In this document: positions 38,341 to 53,450 of the stretch, piece by piece
Layout: every line of letters begins with the position of its first letter
How positions within the stretch are numbered: position 1 is the first letter of the stretch
DNA from: Welwitschia mirabilis
Lineage: Eukaryota
NCBI GenBank assembly: GCA_051453625.1
Contig: JBOZIK010000001.1
Location: 14,509,654-14,573,653 of the forward strand
Direction: 5' to 3'
Length of the DNA: 64,000 bases
The notes under the pieces: model-generated
Databases searched by the model: none
Told to the model about the DNA's origin: nothing
The model's input: only the letters and a program-made list of their open reading frames with translations
Made by a program: the position numbers and the translations under genes

Positions 38341-38537
38341 AACGGAGATTTGGCACATAAATATCAGTTCGAAAAATAAGTATAATATTTCAAGACGTGT
38401 TTCATGCATCAAAGAGAACACAACAAAGATATTTAAGGACGAACGAATGAAAGAAAATTTGACAATTAGTAATAACCTCGCTCCCATTGGCGTATATTGT
38501 GAAAATAACATAAAATGATGTTTGCAGAGATCCAGAC

Positions 38538-39230
38538 CTGAGAAAGGCTGCCAATCACCGTAATCAACTGTGCCTTGGCGAAAAAGTTCTTATTAGCAAG
38601 ATACTTGCAAATGCGAGGGCAAATTTTCTGAAAAGAAGATAAAGGAGGAGGGTCTTTGGCGTTTTCAATGATTTTGGAAAGGCACATTGCTGATCCGATT
38701 TGCACAGACTTATTCTGCTCGCCTAAAGCTTCAAAAAGCGGCTTCAAAAATACCGAGATTAAGGATGCAGAATCTTCTCCTCCCCCTAAGTATTGAGCAG
38801 AAAGAACACCGAATGTGCTTTGGCAGGCATCTCTAACGGAGGAATCAGGATCTTTCAGTCTCCTTACAAGGTGCGCTGCAATTTTAGGCAAATGAGGGGA
38901 AATCCATTCGGGATGAGTATTGACCATGGTGCCTATCAGTCTAACTGATTCTTTTCTCACTGTCCCCTTTTGCTGCAAATCCGTGTCGTAAAGACAGTTC
39001 AAGGCAGGTGTCACAAATTCCTGGGTTAGATTTTGAATTGTTTTCTCCAAATCCTCCATTGCGACCTGCTGTGTATCTCGATCCCCCAACTTGTTCAGAG
39101 AAATGATTATCTTCTGTTTCAGTTCTATCATTGCGAAATGTGAAGTCGAGGATCGCACAAAGGAAGATGAAGCTGCCGTAGCTCTCCCTGTCTTGGTGGC
39201 AGTATGTTGCTGCTGTTTTTGAGTGGTCAT
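38538..39230 (-). CDS. TOR1: TORTIFOLIA1/SPIRAL2-like microtubule-associated protein, exon 1 (HEAT/TOG repeats)
   Basis: ATG at 39230. Translation includes MIELKQKIIISLNKLGDRDTQQVAMEDLE...VRRLKDPDSSVRDAC...LKPLFEAL, the TOR1/SPR2 N-terminus. Donor CAG|GT at 38538/38537; 693 nt, phase 0. Confidence 0.93.
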
Positions 39231-40199
39231 TGGATCAGAAACTTGTTCTGGCTTTCGGAAAAAACTTCTTCTACTTTTGAAAATGTGTTTCTCAGCATAT
39301 TCTCTGATCAGAGATGAAGCATTAATATTGCAGAATCACAAACTGCAAAAGCAATTTTAAGGTTCCCGCAATTCTGCTTTTTGGGTTTGTTTCCTGAAAC
39401 AGGGGCTTTTTGCATGCATGTCTCCGGCTCTACTCTCGAGGCTGCTTTAAAGAATTTTTAAACTGAAACACTTAAGTATTAACAACGGAACAAAACAAGA
39501 CACATACCAACCTGAGATCTATCGTTGTCGTGAATACCTGTACTTTTTTGCAGCAGTTGATCAGAGTCTTAATTAAAAAATCTTTTGACCTCCGTGACTG
39601 CTCTGATGCAAACCATGAGCTGAAATTCAAAATCTTAAAGTTTAGTCTGGGCAATCAGGTACGGCTGATCATTTTCTTCCGTTGAAATTGTCTTTTAATT
39701 ACAATTGGCATGATTTGAATTGAATTTTATACAAATGGTTACATTATTTATATTTTAAAATCTCAATTTATTTTTATGTCGAAAGACATTTTTTAGAATG
39801 GAACTCACAAACATCGAGTCAAGGGGGCAACATTATTCTTGATACTTAATAATGTCCTTATATTCACATTACTATAATAAACTCATTTATTTATAGGATT
39901 AAGTTTTTATAAATAATTAAACTCATTAAACATTTAAAATCTTAATTAAAAAGTCATCCAATGAAGGTGTTTCATTATGCCATTCTCTTTTATCACAAGC
40001 CACTTTTCGTGGATTTTTTCTAGAATGACATAAGTAGTAAACATAGTCTTAGATATCATTTTGTCTTCAACTCTAGTTGCCTTTAATTAGATTACAATAG
40101 GAACCTTGTAAAAGGTTTCTGATTAATGACTTTCCCTTTCTTTGCTAATGATAATTGTCATTGTTGGTTGTGCTCTAATCGGAGAATAAGTTTATGATC

Positions 40200-40870
40200 T
40201 TATAGGAGGATGGGAAAAAAAATTTATCTAATTTAAGGAATTCTTGGGATAAGAACCTCAAAAATGTTTTGAAAGTTTTAGAGACGTGGGTGCTTGATCA
40301 CCCTCATGATAATCAAGCTTAGCTAGAACTTATCAAGAAGAAAATGGAGCTCTAGAAAGTTACATATTACAAGGCATGTGGTCTTATGATCTAGTCTAGG
40401 ACTAGACAAATGCAATAAAACTTTTTCAAATTTTCCAAAGTGGGATATAAGTAAATACAAGTGGACAATGCTTAATATAAATGGAACCTTTACTAACTCT
40501 AACAAGGATAAACTGCAATGCTTTTGTGGCAGAATTTTCTAAGCTTTATAATGACTTTGATAGTTCTAGTGAGTAATAGCAATCTTCTCTTGAAAGAGAT
40601 GAAACAATTCCTAAAAAAGTAAGTGCACAGCAGAAAGATCGATGTGAGAGAGCATTCTCTTTAGAGGAGATAAAAGAAGCTTATTTCTCTCTTCTACATA
40701 GTAAAGCTCCTAGAATATATGGCCTTCCTGCAGAATATTATAAAGAGTTTTAGGATAAAGTTGGTCAAAATCTTTTTCAAGTTTTTAGGAAGTGTTTAAG
40801 GGAAGCCTTAGGCTTTTTATTAAAATAAGTGAGATAAAGGTCATACCCAAAGGAGTTGGAAGCAAATAAC
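40200..40870 (+). mobile_element. L1 LINE ORF2 fragment
   Basis: CERAFSLEEIKEAYFSLLHSKAPRIYGLPAEYYKEF*DKV, corresponding to the KAPGPDG region. Confidence 0.75.
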
Positions 40871-43394
40871 TTAGTGAAATCCTAGCTTTTAGTGTGCTTG
40901 TTTCTTAATTCCTTGATATGGTTTTCTTGCTCTCTTTGCTTCGTTGCACAGAAACCCTGGTTATATATGTCTTTGTTTTTTTCCATCATCTTTTTTATCT
41001 TTGTATTATGTTAAGTTTTTGCCATGTGCTTCATTTTTGGTTTTTGTATTTAACAATATGTGTTGTTTGTTCTATTTTCTTTGATTTTTAGGAGACTTAG
41101 ATTTTTTTTTTTTTTAAAGTGAATCTTTCACTTGCTTTCTTATTAATTGCAAGGAAGTTATACTCTCGCATGTAACGTTTTTACTAATGTACTTTCTAGA
41201 TTTTATAGTTCCCTGATATATAGTTTTATTACTTTTCATATGTTATTATCTTGAAATATTATGTGATGTCAATAAGTGTGGTTTTGATCAACCTTTTTTT
41301 TAATTTGTTTTTCCTTTTTTTTTTGGCACTTTTACTCTTGTTTGCAATGTCACAAGAGGNNNNNNNNNNNNNNNNNNNNNNNNNNNNNNNNNNNNNNNNN
41401 NNNNNNNNNNNNNNNNNNNNNNNNNNNNNNNNNNNNNNNNNNNNNNNNNNNNNNNNNNNNNNNNNNNNNNNNNNNNNNNNNNNNNNNNNNNNNNNNNNNN
41501 NNNNNNNNNNNNNNNNNNNNNNNNNNNNNNNNNNNNNNNNNNNNNNNNNNNNNNNNNNNNNNNNNNNNNNNNNNNNNNNNNNNNNNNNNNNNNNNNNNNN
41601 NNNNNNNNNNNNNNNNNNNNNNNNNNNNNNNNNNNNNNNNNNNNNNNNNNNNNNNNNNNNNNNNNNNNNNNNNNNNNNNNNNNNNNNNNNNNNNNNNNNN
41701 NNNNNNNNNNNNNNNNNNNNNNNNNNNNNNNNNNNNNNNNNNNNNNNNNNNNNNNNNNNNNNNNNNNNNNNNNNNNNNNNNNNNNNNNNNNNNNNNNNNN
41801 NNNNNNNNNNNNNNNNNNNNNNNNNNNATAAGGAGTCTAGAAAACCTATCATTGAAGTTGGTGTGTACGAAAGATCATCATGAAAGACATTTGCATCCTA
41901 CTATGTCTTGATTCATCCATGTAGATTTACGTCATACATGGAAAACAAGACCCGTTCTAGTAAAGTTGAATATTAAGTATTCCACACTAGCGTCAATGTA
42001 AAGGATTTTGCCTTGGCTTTGTGGCATTGTAGACTATTGTCTACATATAGAAAAGATGATTTGATTTAGTTTCATGTAAAATGCTTTGCATATAAGTGAA
42101 ATTAGATATTTACCTTTAGCTTACATTCATGTGCTACATCTAGGGGTAAAATTGTAGATGTTAATTAAGATCTTAGAATGTTCTTTTAATTAACATGTTT
42201 CTTTAGTATTTGATCCCTCTAAAAACTACAATACCTTTATGCTTTTATTCTATGTTAGCAGGTTATAGATTTTAAGACATTTATGTTTTCATCCATGCTT
42301 CAAAATAACATGAGTGAAATGAATTTAATTTGTTGCAAATTATCTTCTCACCCTGTGGGTTTTTAAGGCAAAGGTCCTTTCATTTTTTAGATGTACAGGT
42401 GGATTTTGTTTTATGAATTATCAAAGTTTGTATTTGTTTCATTTCTAAATGACAATTTGTAACATGAAACTATTTGTGATTCACTTTTTATGTTATTATT
42501 CCTTATGCAAGTTTTGCTTCTTGCTTTTCTTATGTTTATTATCTTATAGCCTCCTAGTTCAACTAATGATAATCTAGAAGTATTGGCTTTGTTGCCTTTT
42601 TGTGTACCTTAACTAGCTTTAAATAATTCTTTAATGTAACAACATTTAATTTTTACCTATGTACTGTAATGAAGAAATTTCATAGACCTCAAAATTCAAA
42701 TTTATAGACATTTTTTGAGAACAAAACATACTAGGTGCTGGAGAAAGGGATAGTGGGTTTGTTTAGATGGAATGATGGTATTTATTAAGACTTTGAATTC
42801 TTAGAAAAATGATGAATTTTAGTAATACTATCTATCTAAGACAAGAAACTTACTTTTTAGGGAAGTAAGCAAGATGTTTATTAATTTGGCTTAATAGTGG
42901 ATGATGTACCAAAACAAGTGAGTGCATATAAAATGCCATCAATTCTTATTCTTTTGAAAAAGGTAAAAAATTCTATTAATTTTGGGTGATCCTAAAGTAA
43001 TCCTCGAAATAAAACAATCTTTAAAATCATTGGTGTAAAGAAATTGACCCCATGACCAAAGCATTTGAATACAATGGTATGTAAAACCAAAATATACACA
43101 ATGAAGAGGGCATTATAGAGAGTGCATAATAGAGATAAAAAGCAATTAAGAGCTATATTAGAGCTTAAAATCTCAATCATCTTTGATTAAGAGATAAAAG
43201 CATAATTGTTGATAAACCATTTTACATTTTTTCCTAATTTTAGATCCTTCTTAATTATTACTTTCTTTAGACATTGTGATGGAAAAAACATATTTCTTCA
43301 TTTAGTCTAAGGTTGGAAAGCCCATTTAACAATGATTAAAATTAATATTATTTATTTAAAAATAATATTATTAATAAGATTATTTTAACATAAA

Positions 43395-46300
43395 TGATAT
43401 AGAAATATCATTGAAAAATAAAAATAAAAAATGTGTTTTAGTTAAGGGTCTACTTGCTAAGGTTTTAATGTGCTTATAAAATAAATTTTGTTTTATGTAA
43501 TTGTCATGTAAGAATGAGTATCTAATTAATTTAGCATGTTTAGAGGAAATTGAGGTGTAATGAATATCCTATGTTTAGAGGAATCTAGGTAAGGAATATG
43601 TGACATTTATGGGCTACTTATGGTAAAATGTGTAAGTGACTCATATTGGAGGACTTCTTCATGATTAAAATCCCTTCTAAATCTTTGTTAGTAGAGTGGT
43701 AAGAACGATGGACATTGAAGTGATTAAAGTGATAGAAGGTAGGTTGAGGATTTTGAAGGCCCCTACTGAAGAGAGCTCGTAAAATGCTCCAATACCTTGA
43801 AATCCTATATATTTCTTCTTTCTTTTCTATTCCTCACTGAATGCATAATTCCAAAAGTTTTCTTAAGGTTTTTCTTGCATTATTTATACATCATTTAACA
43901 TGAGAGTAAATTCTGGATTTCTATGAATTAGTCATTACTTTTTTATTTCAAAAAGGATGTTGCTAAAGAAACCAATAGATTCCCACCTGTAGAGGAGCCT
44001 TACGAGGCAAAAATGATTTGTGGAAGATATTTAATACATGATAAAGGTGTTGGTGATAAAGTTGGGTGTGGACTATACACCCAATCATATGAAGGTAGTT
44101 TAGAGAAGAAGCATGAAAAAGAGCAATCTATGGTGGAGGATCCAACAAAAGAGGATGTTACGCAGAAAGATCGGATTGTAGAGGACCCTTTGAAAAGCTC
44201 TAATGAAGATGGAATTAAAGAACCTCATAAACATGACACCATTTGAAGGAAGTCTGAAAGCAGAAAAGTATCAGGATTAGATCTGAGGCATTAAGTATGT
44301 TGTATTGTGTGTTATGCTTACCTAATCTGCAAGTTATATCTCAAAATATTCTCAAGTAATGGCAAGCAAATACACAGGGTACAGAGTGAGTCAATCTGGG
44401 TTTATAAACTTAAAGAAGAAAATGAGTTAAAGAAGACCTAATTCCCTAGAAAAGAGAGAGGAAAGAAAAATAATGTTTTTGTATTTTTTATATTTAAAAA
44501 AATGAAATAAAATAATAATGCAAGATAATGCAATGGAGTTATGAGATGCAAGGGAATGAATATGTAATAATCTAACATTTTTACCAACTTCTTGTCACCT
44601 AAGTTGGCCCTCATACTGTATATCAAAATTAGTTTTAATCTATGAGAGTATTATATTGATTTTAGCATAACATATAAGGAAGATAAGAGAGAAAAATCAT
44701 AGAATAAACATCATCAATTTTATTAATCAATAATGCTCATAACATCCACTTATAAATAGCAACGCCGTAATAGAGGATACACAACCCAACACCAAGGTAA
44801 TTCTTCTCATAAGCGGATAGATCTCCTTGCCAAAGTTGCTTTCATGTCATAAGCACTTTAATTCCAAAAGAGACATCTGGAAATGGGAGGCCTAATGGTG
44901 TTTTTAAATTATTGGATAGTGGACTAATTAAGCTAAATAACCAACTAGAATGGTTACATTACAATTTTAGTTAAAACCAAAACTTGATTCTTTGTCATCC
45001 ATCAATGTTGTCCTCTAGTGGTAGGTGAGTGGCCACAATACAAATATAGTAATAGATGTACTGATTATTCAATGGTTACTGTCAATTATGCTTCTTAGAA
45101 TCTAGTGATAGGTGGAATCTTATAGGTAGTCATTTTCTTCCTTTGTCTAACTACTACATGGACTTCTTAGAATTTGGTAGTAGGTAAAATCTGGTTTTCT
45201 CCTCAAACATGTTTCCCTTTAATGTTTATTTTTAGTGCTTTGTCTTCTAGTAGTAGGTGGAATTTAATTACTTTGTTTGCCAGTGATTTTTTAAATGCTT
45301 CATAATTACTTAATTTTAATCCAAATTATGCTTAATTCTTCATTTGTATCCCTTGACATCAAAAGTGGTTAATTTGAATATTAAACTTAGAAAAAAAACA
45401 TGAAAATGCACTCCAAATCATATGTCAAATGTGATAAGTTGGCTGCTTATTAGAGTAGTACTTTGAGATGGATGACATTGTTGAAGAAAAGAAGGTGAAG
45501 CTTATTTCACCTCGCTTGTAAAGAGTTGTAGCAAGTGGATAAAATTATGTTTAGAAGGGTCATTAAGATTAAGGTCTTTCAACCTCTTAGAGTTACATGA
45601 AGTAGTGTTTTTAAGACAAGTTCATGTTGCTCTTAAACAAAGAGGAAGATGATAAAAAAGATGCATCTACTTTAGTAAGAGAAAAGTCTATGACATCGTA
45701 CTCAAGGATTTTTACATGCTTGCCATTCAAGTAGGACATTTTGATTTTGGCATAGATAAGGTAACTAGATACATTACTAATTTAAAATATTTTATTCAAG
45801 ATGATAGTTTTGTTATTATTCTTATAACAATGGAAAGGCCTTAGAACTAAATTAAAAGTTGCAGTTAAAAAACAACTCCCATAGGGAAAGATTCAAAGGA
45901 AAGAAATAATAAAGAAGGGATGGTCAATAAGGAGAAGAAGCAAACTAAAAATGCTAGAACAAAGGCAAATAAGACATTAAAGGGAGAGGATGTATCTATA
46001 GATGTTATAACCCACATTTTTGTAAGCTTTAATTAATAGGGTTTNNNNNNNNNNNNNNNNNNNNNNNNNNNNNNNNNNNNNNNNNNNNNNNNNNNNNNNN
46101 NNNNNNNNNNNNNNNNNNNNNNNNNNNNNNNNNNNNNNNNNNNNTTAATTAGGGTAATTAAGTTGGGGTGTTACAATAGAAGAAGAGGTAAAGGAGGTAA
46201 TTTTTGGGAAGTCTACTATAAATGTCATAAGGTAGGACAGAATTCTTGCAAGCATCACATGGTAACATAAGTAAAGAATTCATAAAGAAGGAATCATAAA

Positions 46301-49300
46301 ATATTGCTAGTAAGAAATCAGAAACCATGATTGTTAGAAGAACTCTCAAGCAAGATGCAAAAACTATTAAGAAGCCATTACAACATAGATAACTATTCAA
46401 AACTAAATGTAAGTGCAAGGTATGTAAAGTTGTTACTAATAATGAAATCACTCACACCTTGGTTTCTAACAAAATAGTGGAAAATTTAAAGCCTAAAGAC
46501 CATATTACATCTTGCACAATATAGACTCTCTTGGCCATAGAAGGAATTCCATATTATAATTATTGAACAGTGTTTGCTTTACTTTAAAATTGGTAACTTT
46601 CATGATCAAATTCATTTTCATGTTATTCCTATGGATTTTGTCATCTATTATTGGCTAGATCATGGAAGTATGATATTGAGTGCATGCATAAATATGAGAC
46701 AAATACTTGCATTATAATTAATAAAAATAGAAAGATACTTAACATTTTTCCAAATCTAAAAGAGGTTCCAAGACATAAGACAAATGTATTTTCTTTAGAA
46801 GAAAGGAGGTGATAGAAGAAATAAACAAAGAATGCTATGACATGGTAGTGATGTTGAAGATGTCTTCAAAGTGGTAATCAGAGTTGTCCCTGATAAAGAT
46901 GAAAATGTATTAAAATCTTTTATAGATATTTTCATTGATCAATGTCCTTCTAGTTTACCACCTATCAGGAGTATAAACCGTCTAATAGGTCTAGTTCCTA
47001 GGGCGTCACTCTTAAATAAAGCACCATACAGAATGGCACCACATGAAGAAGAAAAGATAAGCAGATAGGTATAGGATGTGATAGTAAAAGGATCAATCAT
47101 CATCATGTCTATTTTGGGAGTATTAACTCCAAAGAAGGATAACAAGGAGATGTGCATGTGTGTTGATTCAAAAGCCACCAAAAAGATAATAAAAAATTAT
47201 CACTTTTTTATGCCTTACATAGATGATATTTTGGATTGTTTGATATATGCATCTGTTTTAAAAAAGATAGACTTAAAAAGTGGATATCATTATATTCATA
47301 TCTAAGAAAGAGATGAATGGAAGGCAACTTCTAAGACTCTAGATGGCTTATATGAATGGTTGATGATGTCATTCATATTGACTAAGGTTTCAAGTACATG
47401 ATAGAGGTATTGAATCCTTTCCTTGAGAAGTTTGTTATTATTTTTATAAATATTATTTTAATATTTAGCAAGTGTGATGAATAGAGAATATTTAGTTTTT
47501 CAAAAGTTAAAGGAAGAGAAATTGAGTGAATGTAAATAGGTTTAACTCTGCCAAGCTAGAGTTAGTATTCTTTGAAATAGTTGCCTCTAAATATGGAATC
47601 AAGATGGATCCAAATAAGGTGAAGGTTATTCTGGATTGGCCTATACCGAGTTCAGCAAGGAATGCTCATACTTTCCATGGACTAGCAGGTTGCTATAGAA
47701 CATTCATAAGGGATTTCAACAAGATTTGTTCACCAATATTAGTTACCATCAATAAGGATTAAGCCTTTAAGTGGATAAAGAAGGAAGATGAAGCATTTTA
47801 GCAGTTGAATAAGAACATTATTATAGAAACTAAACTAGCACTTCTAGATTTTAATAAGGCCTTTTATAGGGAACATGATGTAATCAGTAGAACAGTTGAA
47901 GAAGTGCTCACACAAGAAGGATAGCTCATTGTCTTCTTTACTCAAAAGATGGATGATGCCAAGCAAAAGTACTTATCCTATGAAAAGGAGTTGCACACTA
48001 TTTTGCAAGGATTGAAGAGGTGGAAACATTGCTTGCTATATAATGAGCTCATTTTATACATGAATAACAAGGAATTTTACTACATGAATAATTGGAACGC
48101 GATAAGTGCAAAAGTGAGTGAATTTGGTAAAGGAGCTATAAGAGTTACCTTTGTAGTCAAGCACAAAAGAACAAAGACAAATAGAGTTGCAAATGCCTTA
48201 AGTTGAATAGTGTGCAAGGCAAGATCTTATGAATTTGATGTTGGTTTATCACATATTTTATATCTATATCATTGTGATCTAAACTTCAAGTATATAAGGA
48301 TAGTAGGTCATACATTCTCAAAGAATTAATAAGGGAAAAAATTTTGTCATAAAATAATCACAAAGACATGGTTGAACATCATGAGTTAGATAAATTACCT
48401 CACTCTAGGAGAGGCATGATTCCATCATGGTAGGGGTGGATAAATTTATCAAGATCGTGAGATTGCTACATTGTTCTTTAAGAGATTGTACATCTTCATG
48501 TATTTCCAAAGACAATAGTTTTAGATAAAGATGTCAATTTTGTTTCTTATTTGTGGAGGAGNNNNNNNNNNNNNNNNNNNNNNNNNNNNNNNNNNNNNNN
48601 NNNNNNNNNNNNNNNNNNNNNNNNNNNNNNNNNNNNNNNNNNNNNNNNNNNNNNNNNNNNNNNNNNNNNNNNNNNNNNNNNNNNNNNNNNNNNNNNNNNN
48701 NNNNNNNNNNNNNNNNNNNNNNNNNNNNNNNNNNNNNNNNNNNNNNNNNNNNNNNNNNNNNNNNNNNNNNNNNNNNNNNNNNNNNNNNNNNNNNNNNNNN
48801 NNNNNNNNNNNNNNNNNNNNNNNNNNNNNNNNNNNNNNNNNNNNNNNNNNNNNNNNNNNNNNNNNNNNNNNNNNNNNNNNNNNNNNNNNNNNNNNNNNNN
48901 NNNNNNNNNNNNNNNNNNNNNNNNNNNNNNNNNNNNNNNNNNNNNNNNNNNNNNNNNNNNNNNNNNNNNNNNNNNNNNNNNNNNNNNNNNNNNNNNNNNN
49001 NNNNNNNNNNNNNNNNNNNNNNNNNNNNAGAGATTGTACATCTTCATGTATTACCGAAGACAATAGTTTTAGATAAAGATGTCAATTTTGTTTCTTGTTT
49101 GTGGAGGAGTTTATGAAACATGATGGATAATAGTTTGTAGAATTCTTTAGTATATCATCCACAGATAAATGAATAGATGTAAGTGGTGAATCATTGCATT
49201 AGAAGCTTGTTAAGATGACTTTTTAAATGTAAACTAAATGAATGAGGAAATTACTTACTACTTATAGAATTTTTTTATAATAATTCAATGAATAGAGGTA

Positions 49301-50521
49301 TAGGAAAATCATCAATTGAGGTGATATATAGGTATCACATAAGGACACTAGATATGTTGCATAAGATGCTAAAAGCTTCAAAGAGAATTTTAAAGCTCCA
49401 TTAGAATGTGCAACAAGCTTTAAAAGAATCAAACTTAAAGGATTGAGATGTAGAAGATAAGTATAAAAGACACATAGAAGTTAAGGAGGGTAACATAGTG
49501 ATGGCATACTTATGGAAAGAAAGGTTTTTCACAAAAACATATAATAAGCTCAAGTTCTAGAATATTGGTTAATGTGGAATTATGAAGAAAATTTCACCAG
49601 ATGCTTACTAGTTGGATCTTGAAGAGAATGTAGGTATTTCATCCATATTCAATGTTCTTGGCTTAGTAAAGTATAATAGAGAACCTGCAAAGGATGAAGC
49701 CTGAATTGCAGAGTCATAGAAGCTGAACAAAGAGAAGTAAAATGTGAACAAGAGGATGATAATTCGTGAAAAATGAAAGTAGTAAACATAGAGGAAACTA
49801 TATAAGGACTACTTAGTCAGTTATCAAGAGATTACCCAAAGGATGCAATTGAGATTTTAGAGGAGAAGGACCTAAGAATGAATTGTAGAAGTCCAACGAA
49901 GGAGGAGTACATTGCTTATGAAAGCTCACTTTAAAGTAGGCAAGGATGATGTAGGAGCATCCTTGAAAAATAAAAATAAATAATATGTTTGACTTAGTAA
50001 TATATTTGCTAAGTTTTTATTTTTCTTGTTTGGACAATAAAATTCGTCATGTGTCATTGTCAACTAAGGAGGAGTAGCCATTTAATTTAGCATGTTTAAA
50101 GGGAATCTATGTGTAACAAATATGCTATGTTTAGAGGAATTTATACATGAGAAATATGTTACGTTTAGAATCTATTTATGGTAAAACATGTAAAAGGCTA
50201 ATATTGAAGGATTGCTTGATGCTTAAGATTCCTCTTAAAGCCTTACAAACAAAGTAGAAGAGTAGGCATAACAGGCATTAAAGTAATCAAAGTAGTAGAA
50301 GCAAGGGTGAGGATTTTGAAGTCCTCTATTAAGGATAGCTTGTAGAAGCTCTGCTGAATGTGATTTCAGTTTGGAAGCTTTTACTTTTTGTATCATTAAT
50401 ATAAAGTGATTCCCTCATTGCCTCTACTACTTGTACCTTGTATTTCTTCTTTTTTCTATTTCTTACTAACTACATACTTCCAATTTTTTTTAAAGGTTTT
50501 TCTTGCATTAGCTTCCTATCA
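43395..50521 (+). mobile_element. Full-length but decayed CRM-like Ty3/gypsy (LTRs 43395-43893 and 49947-50521)
   Basis: TSD ATAAA (43390-94, 50522-26) and termini TGAT(G/A)...(C/T)ATCA. Protease FKTKCKCKVCKVV, RT KIDLKSGYHYIHI, RNase H YEKELHTILQGLKRWKH, NRVANALS, integrase EIVHLHVLPKTIVLDKD. Confidence 0.9.
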
Positions 50522-52829
50522 ATAAAAATAATCAAATGCATGAAAAACATATAAAAATCTTAAATTACAAAAAGGTATTACAACAGAATTTAACAGAAAT
50601 AAAGACATAGATGATATAGATGAGAGTGTGAGGAAAGTATCTTGTTCAAAGATGAACATGAATTCTACTTACAAAGGATGACTTGGTATTAAGAAAGGTA
50701 ATTTAGACCAACACCCTTTCTTTTTTGTTAGTATATATTTATTTTTTAATTATTTTCTAGTATTCTTTTAGCTTTCACAAGTTTTTCATGTACAAAACTT
50801 CACTTAGTTTTCATTTCAAATAAGTATATTTTTAAATAGAAACACTTAAATAAACCTTATATTAAATATGTTTAAGATTCATTGATTTGTAAGGGTCATC
50901 ACTAACTTATCCCTAATTAACTAACATTAAATGAATATTAAGGTTGATTTAAGTTCTTAAAACCTCAAATTGTAAGTAGTGGAGAAATGAGTGTTTATAC
51001 TTATTACTATAAAGGATTAAGGTGGAGTTAATACAACTCATGTTAGTGAGTACTTTAATTAACACTATTTAAATATGAAGAAATACTTAGAGTCTATTTT
51101 ATGAAGAAAATTTATCTTATAAAAGATATGTCAAAAATGGATCCAATTTGTAAATAGATCGTAACAAATTGGTGAAAATGATAAAGGTGAGATTCTTTAC
51201 NNNNNNNNNNNNNNNNNNNNNNNNNNNNNNNNNNNNNNNNNNNNNNNNNNNNNNNNNNNNNNNNNNNNNNNNNNNNNNNNNNNNNNNNNNNNNNNNNNNN
51301 ACTCATGTTAGTGAGTACTTTAATTAATACTATTTAAACATGAAGAAATACTCAGAGTCTATTTTAGGAAGAAAATTTATCTTATAAGAGATATGTCAAA
51401 AATGGACCCAATCTATAAATAGGTAGTAACAAATTGGTGAAAATCATAATCATAAAGGTGAGATTCTTTACCTTTAAAGTTGGTTTTACTTTATTTAACT
51501 TTTCTTTGCATTATAAAGCATGGACTATGACTCTTTGAGTTCAAGGTTTAATTCTTAAATTCTTAGAAGGATGTGATGAATCGAAATATGGTGATCTGAT
51601 GAAAATGAACAAACAATATTTTCTTTTAGCTTATTTGTGTGGTTGGCTATACCTTAAAAACAATTTAAAGGAATTGAAATTTTCTTGAAGGTGATTCAAT
51701 CAATAAGACATAAAAACATCCAAGTTTTTCATTTAGTACTTGAAAGGAACAATTAGGGGGGAGTGTTACTAAGAAAAGAATGAGAAGACTTAGCAACAAA
51801 AAAGAAGCATCTTTCTTGCTTCTACAGTGAGGGGGGAAGCGTTAGTAACAAAAGGACTAGAAGACTTAGCAACGAAAAAAGAAGCATAAAAGAAAATCCA
51901 GTAAGTGATTTTCATTCAATGAGTGAAAATGGCATTTCTTTCATAATTTTGAAAGTATATCAATCAAAATAAAGTGGAGGATGCTCTTAAACCTTAAATG
52001 GAAGGGAAGAAAACAAAAATTATTTTGGTTGAAATGTTCTCGTTCTCATCTTGAATACTTTGTCTATTAACAAAATTGCATACAAAATGTACTTCGAGCC
52101 TAAGATCTTTAAAGTTTGTTTAACACAATTCTGTTGATTGGTTAGACACTATGTGGCTTTAATACTGCTAAAAAGATCTACTAGTGCTTTAAAGTTTCAA
52201 GTAGTAAATGAGTCAAAGTGGTTATTAATTTTTTGAAATGACTTAAATTAATAGATCATGAAATCACATGAACAATTCTAGAATCATTTTCTACATACTT
52301 TGATTAATAATTATTTAATTTTAGAGAAGTAACAAGTCTTGACCATCTCTTATTGAGCTAATAAGAATCTTGAGAAATCATAAGTTGAAATTATGAAAAG
52401 AGATTAAAAAAAAAAAAAGAAGCATGCATATATTACTTTAAAATTTACCTCATGTATCTTAAAATTGTGTTTGGTAACCCTTCAACACTTAACTCTAGCA
52501 TTTTGTTAAAAATAAGACTTTAACTTGCACATTCCTAAAAGTTATACAACGGAAACTTGTAAAAAGGCTAAACTTTATGGTTAAGTCTAAAATTTATCAA
52601 GGTTATAACACACAAACCTACATAACCTACAACTTGTCAAAACAGCTAAAACATTTTACCATAAGAACTACATCCCCACATTCCTCTCAAAACCAATGTG
52701 GCTGTTCCAGTTATGTTTTTATAGAGGTGACAAAATATCAGTTCTAAGAAACATGGCGTTTAAACTTCAAAAAAGATAAAGAGAGAAATGATAATAATTT
52801 ATTAAGTTTAAATTTTCAGAAAAAGGTTT

Positions 52830-53450
52830 TTACTTTCAAGTTAATGATCAGGCTCTGCGCTAGGGTTGAAAGAAATGATTTACTTGCAGGAGTTGTTGAG
52901 AAAATGCTTGAAGAGAATCTGGAGCCATTCTATGAGTACATTTTATTCCCTGGTTGCAGCGTATGTGGGTCTTGCGGACTTGCAGCGAGCTGAGAAGCTT
53001 GTTAAAGCTATGAAAGACAGTAGAAAAGACATATGTTCAATCTTAAAAGGCACTGATGTTGCATTTTCCGAGCAAAGGGATTATGAGAAGAATGGTTCTG
53101 GTTCTTCAAAACCAGTGTTGTTGCCTAGAATGTAGAGGCCTGATACCCGGATCTATACTACTGTGATGAAGGGATATATGCCCTATGCAGAGTGGGAGAC
53201 TGCAAAAGTTATTCAGACGATCAACCAGATGCAGAACAGTGAGGATTCTGACGGTCGGCCAGGCCATGTCACTTATACTCACTGCAGTTTCAGCCTTTGT
53301 CAAGAGGGGCTTAAAGGATGAAGCCGATTTTCTTCTCAAAGAAATGGTTTCTCAGGCAATTCCAGCAAACCATTTCACCTATGAGATTCTTTTAAACGGC
53401 TACTGCAACATTCTGGATATGCAAAAAGCAGAGGCCTTGTCTCAGAAGAC
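52830..53450 (+). pseudogene. HCF152: HCF152-like PPR gene fragment (frameshifted)
   Basis: MIRLCARVERNDLL, STFYSLVAAYVGLADLQRAEKLVKAMKDSRKDIC, LLPRM*RPDTRIYTTVMKGYM and IPANHFTYEILLNGYC match, from memory, the order of Arabidopsis HCF152 motifs. Internal stop and frameshifts; no start or end. Confidence 0.8.
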
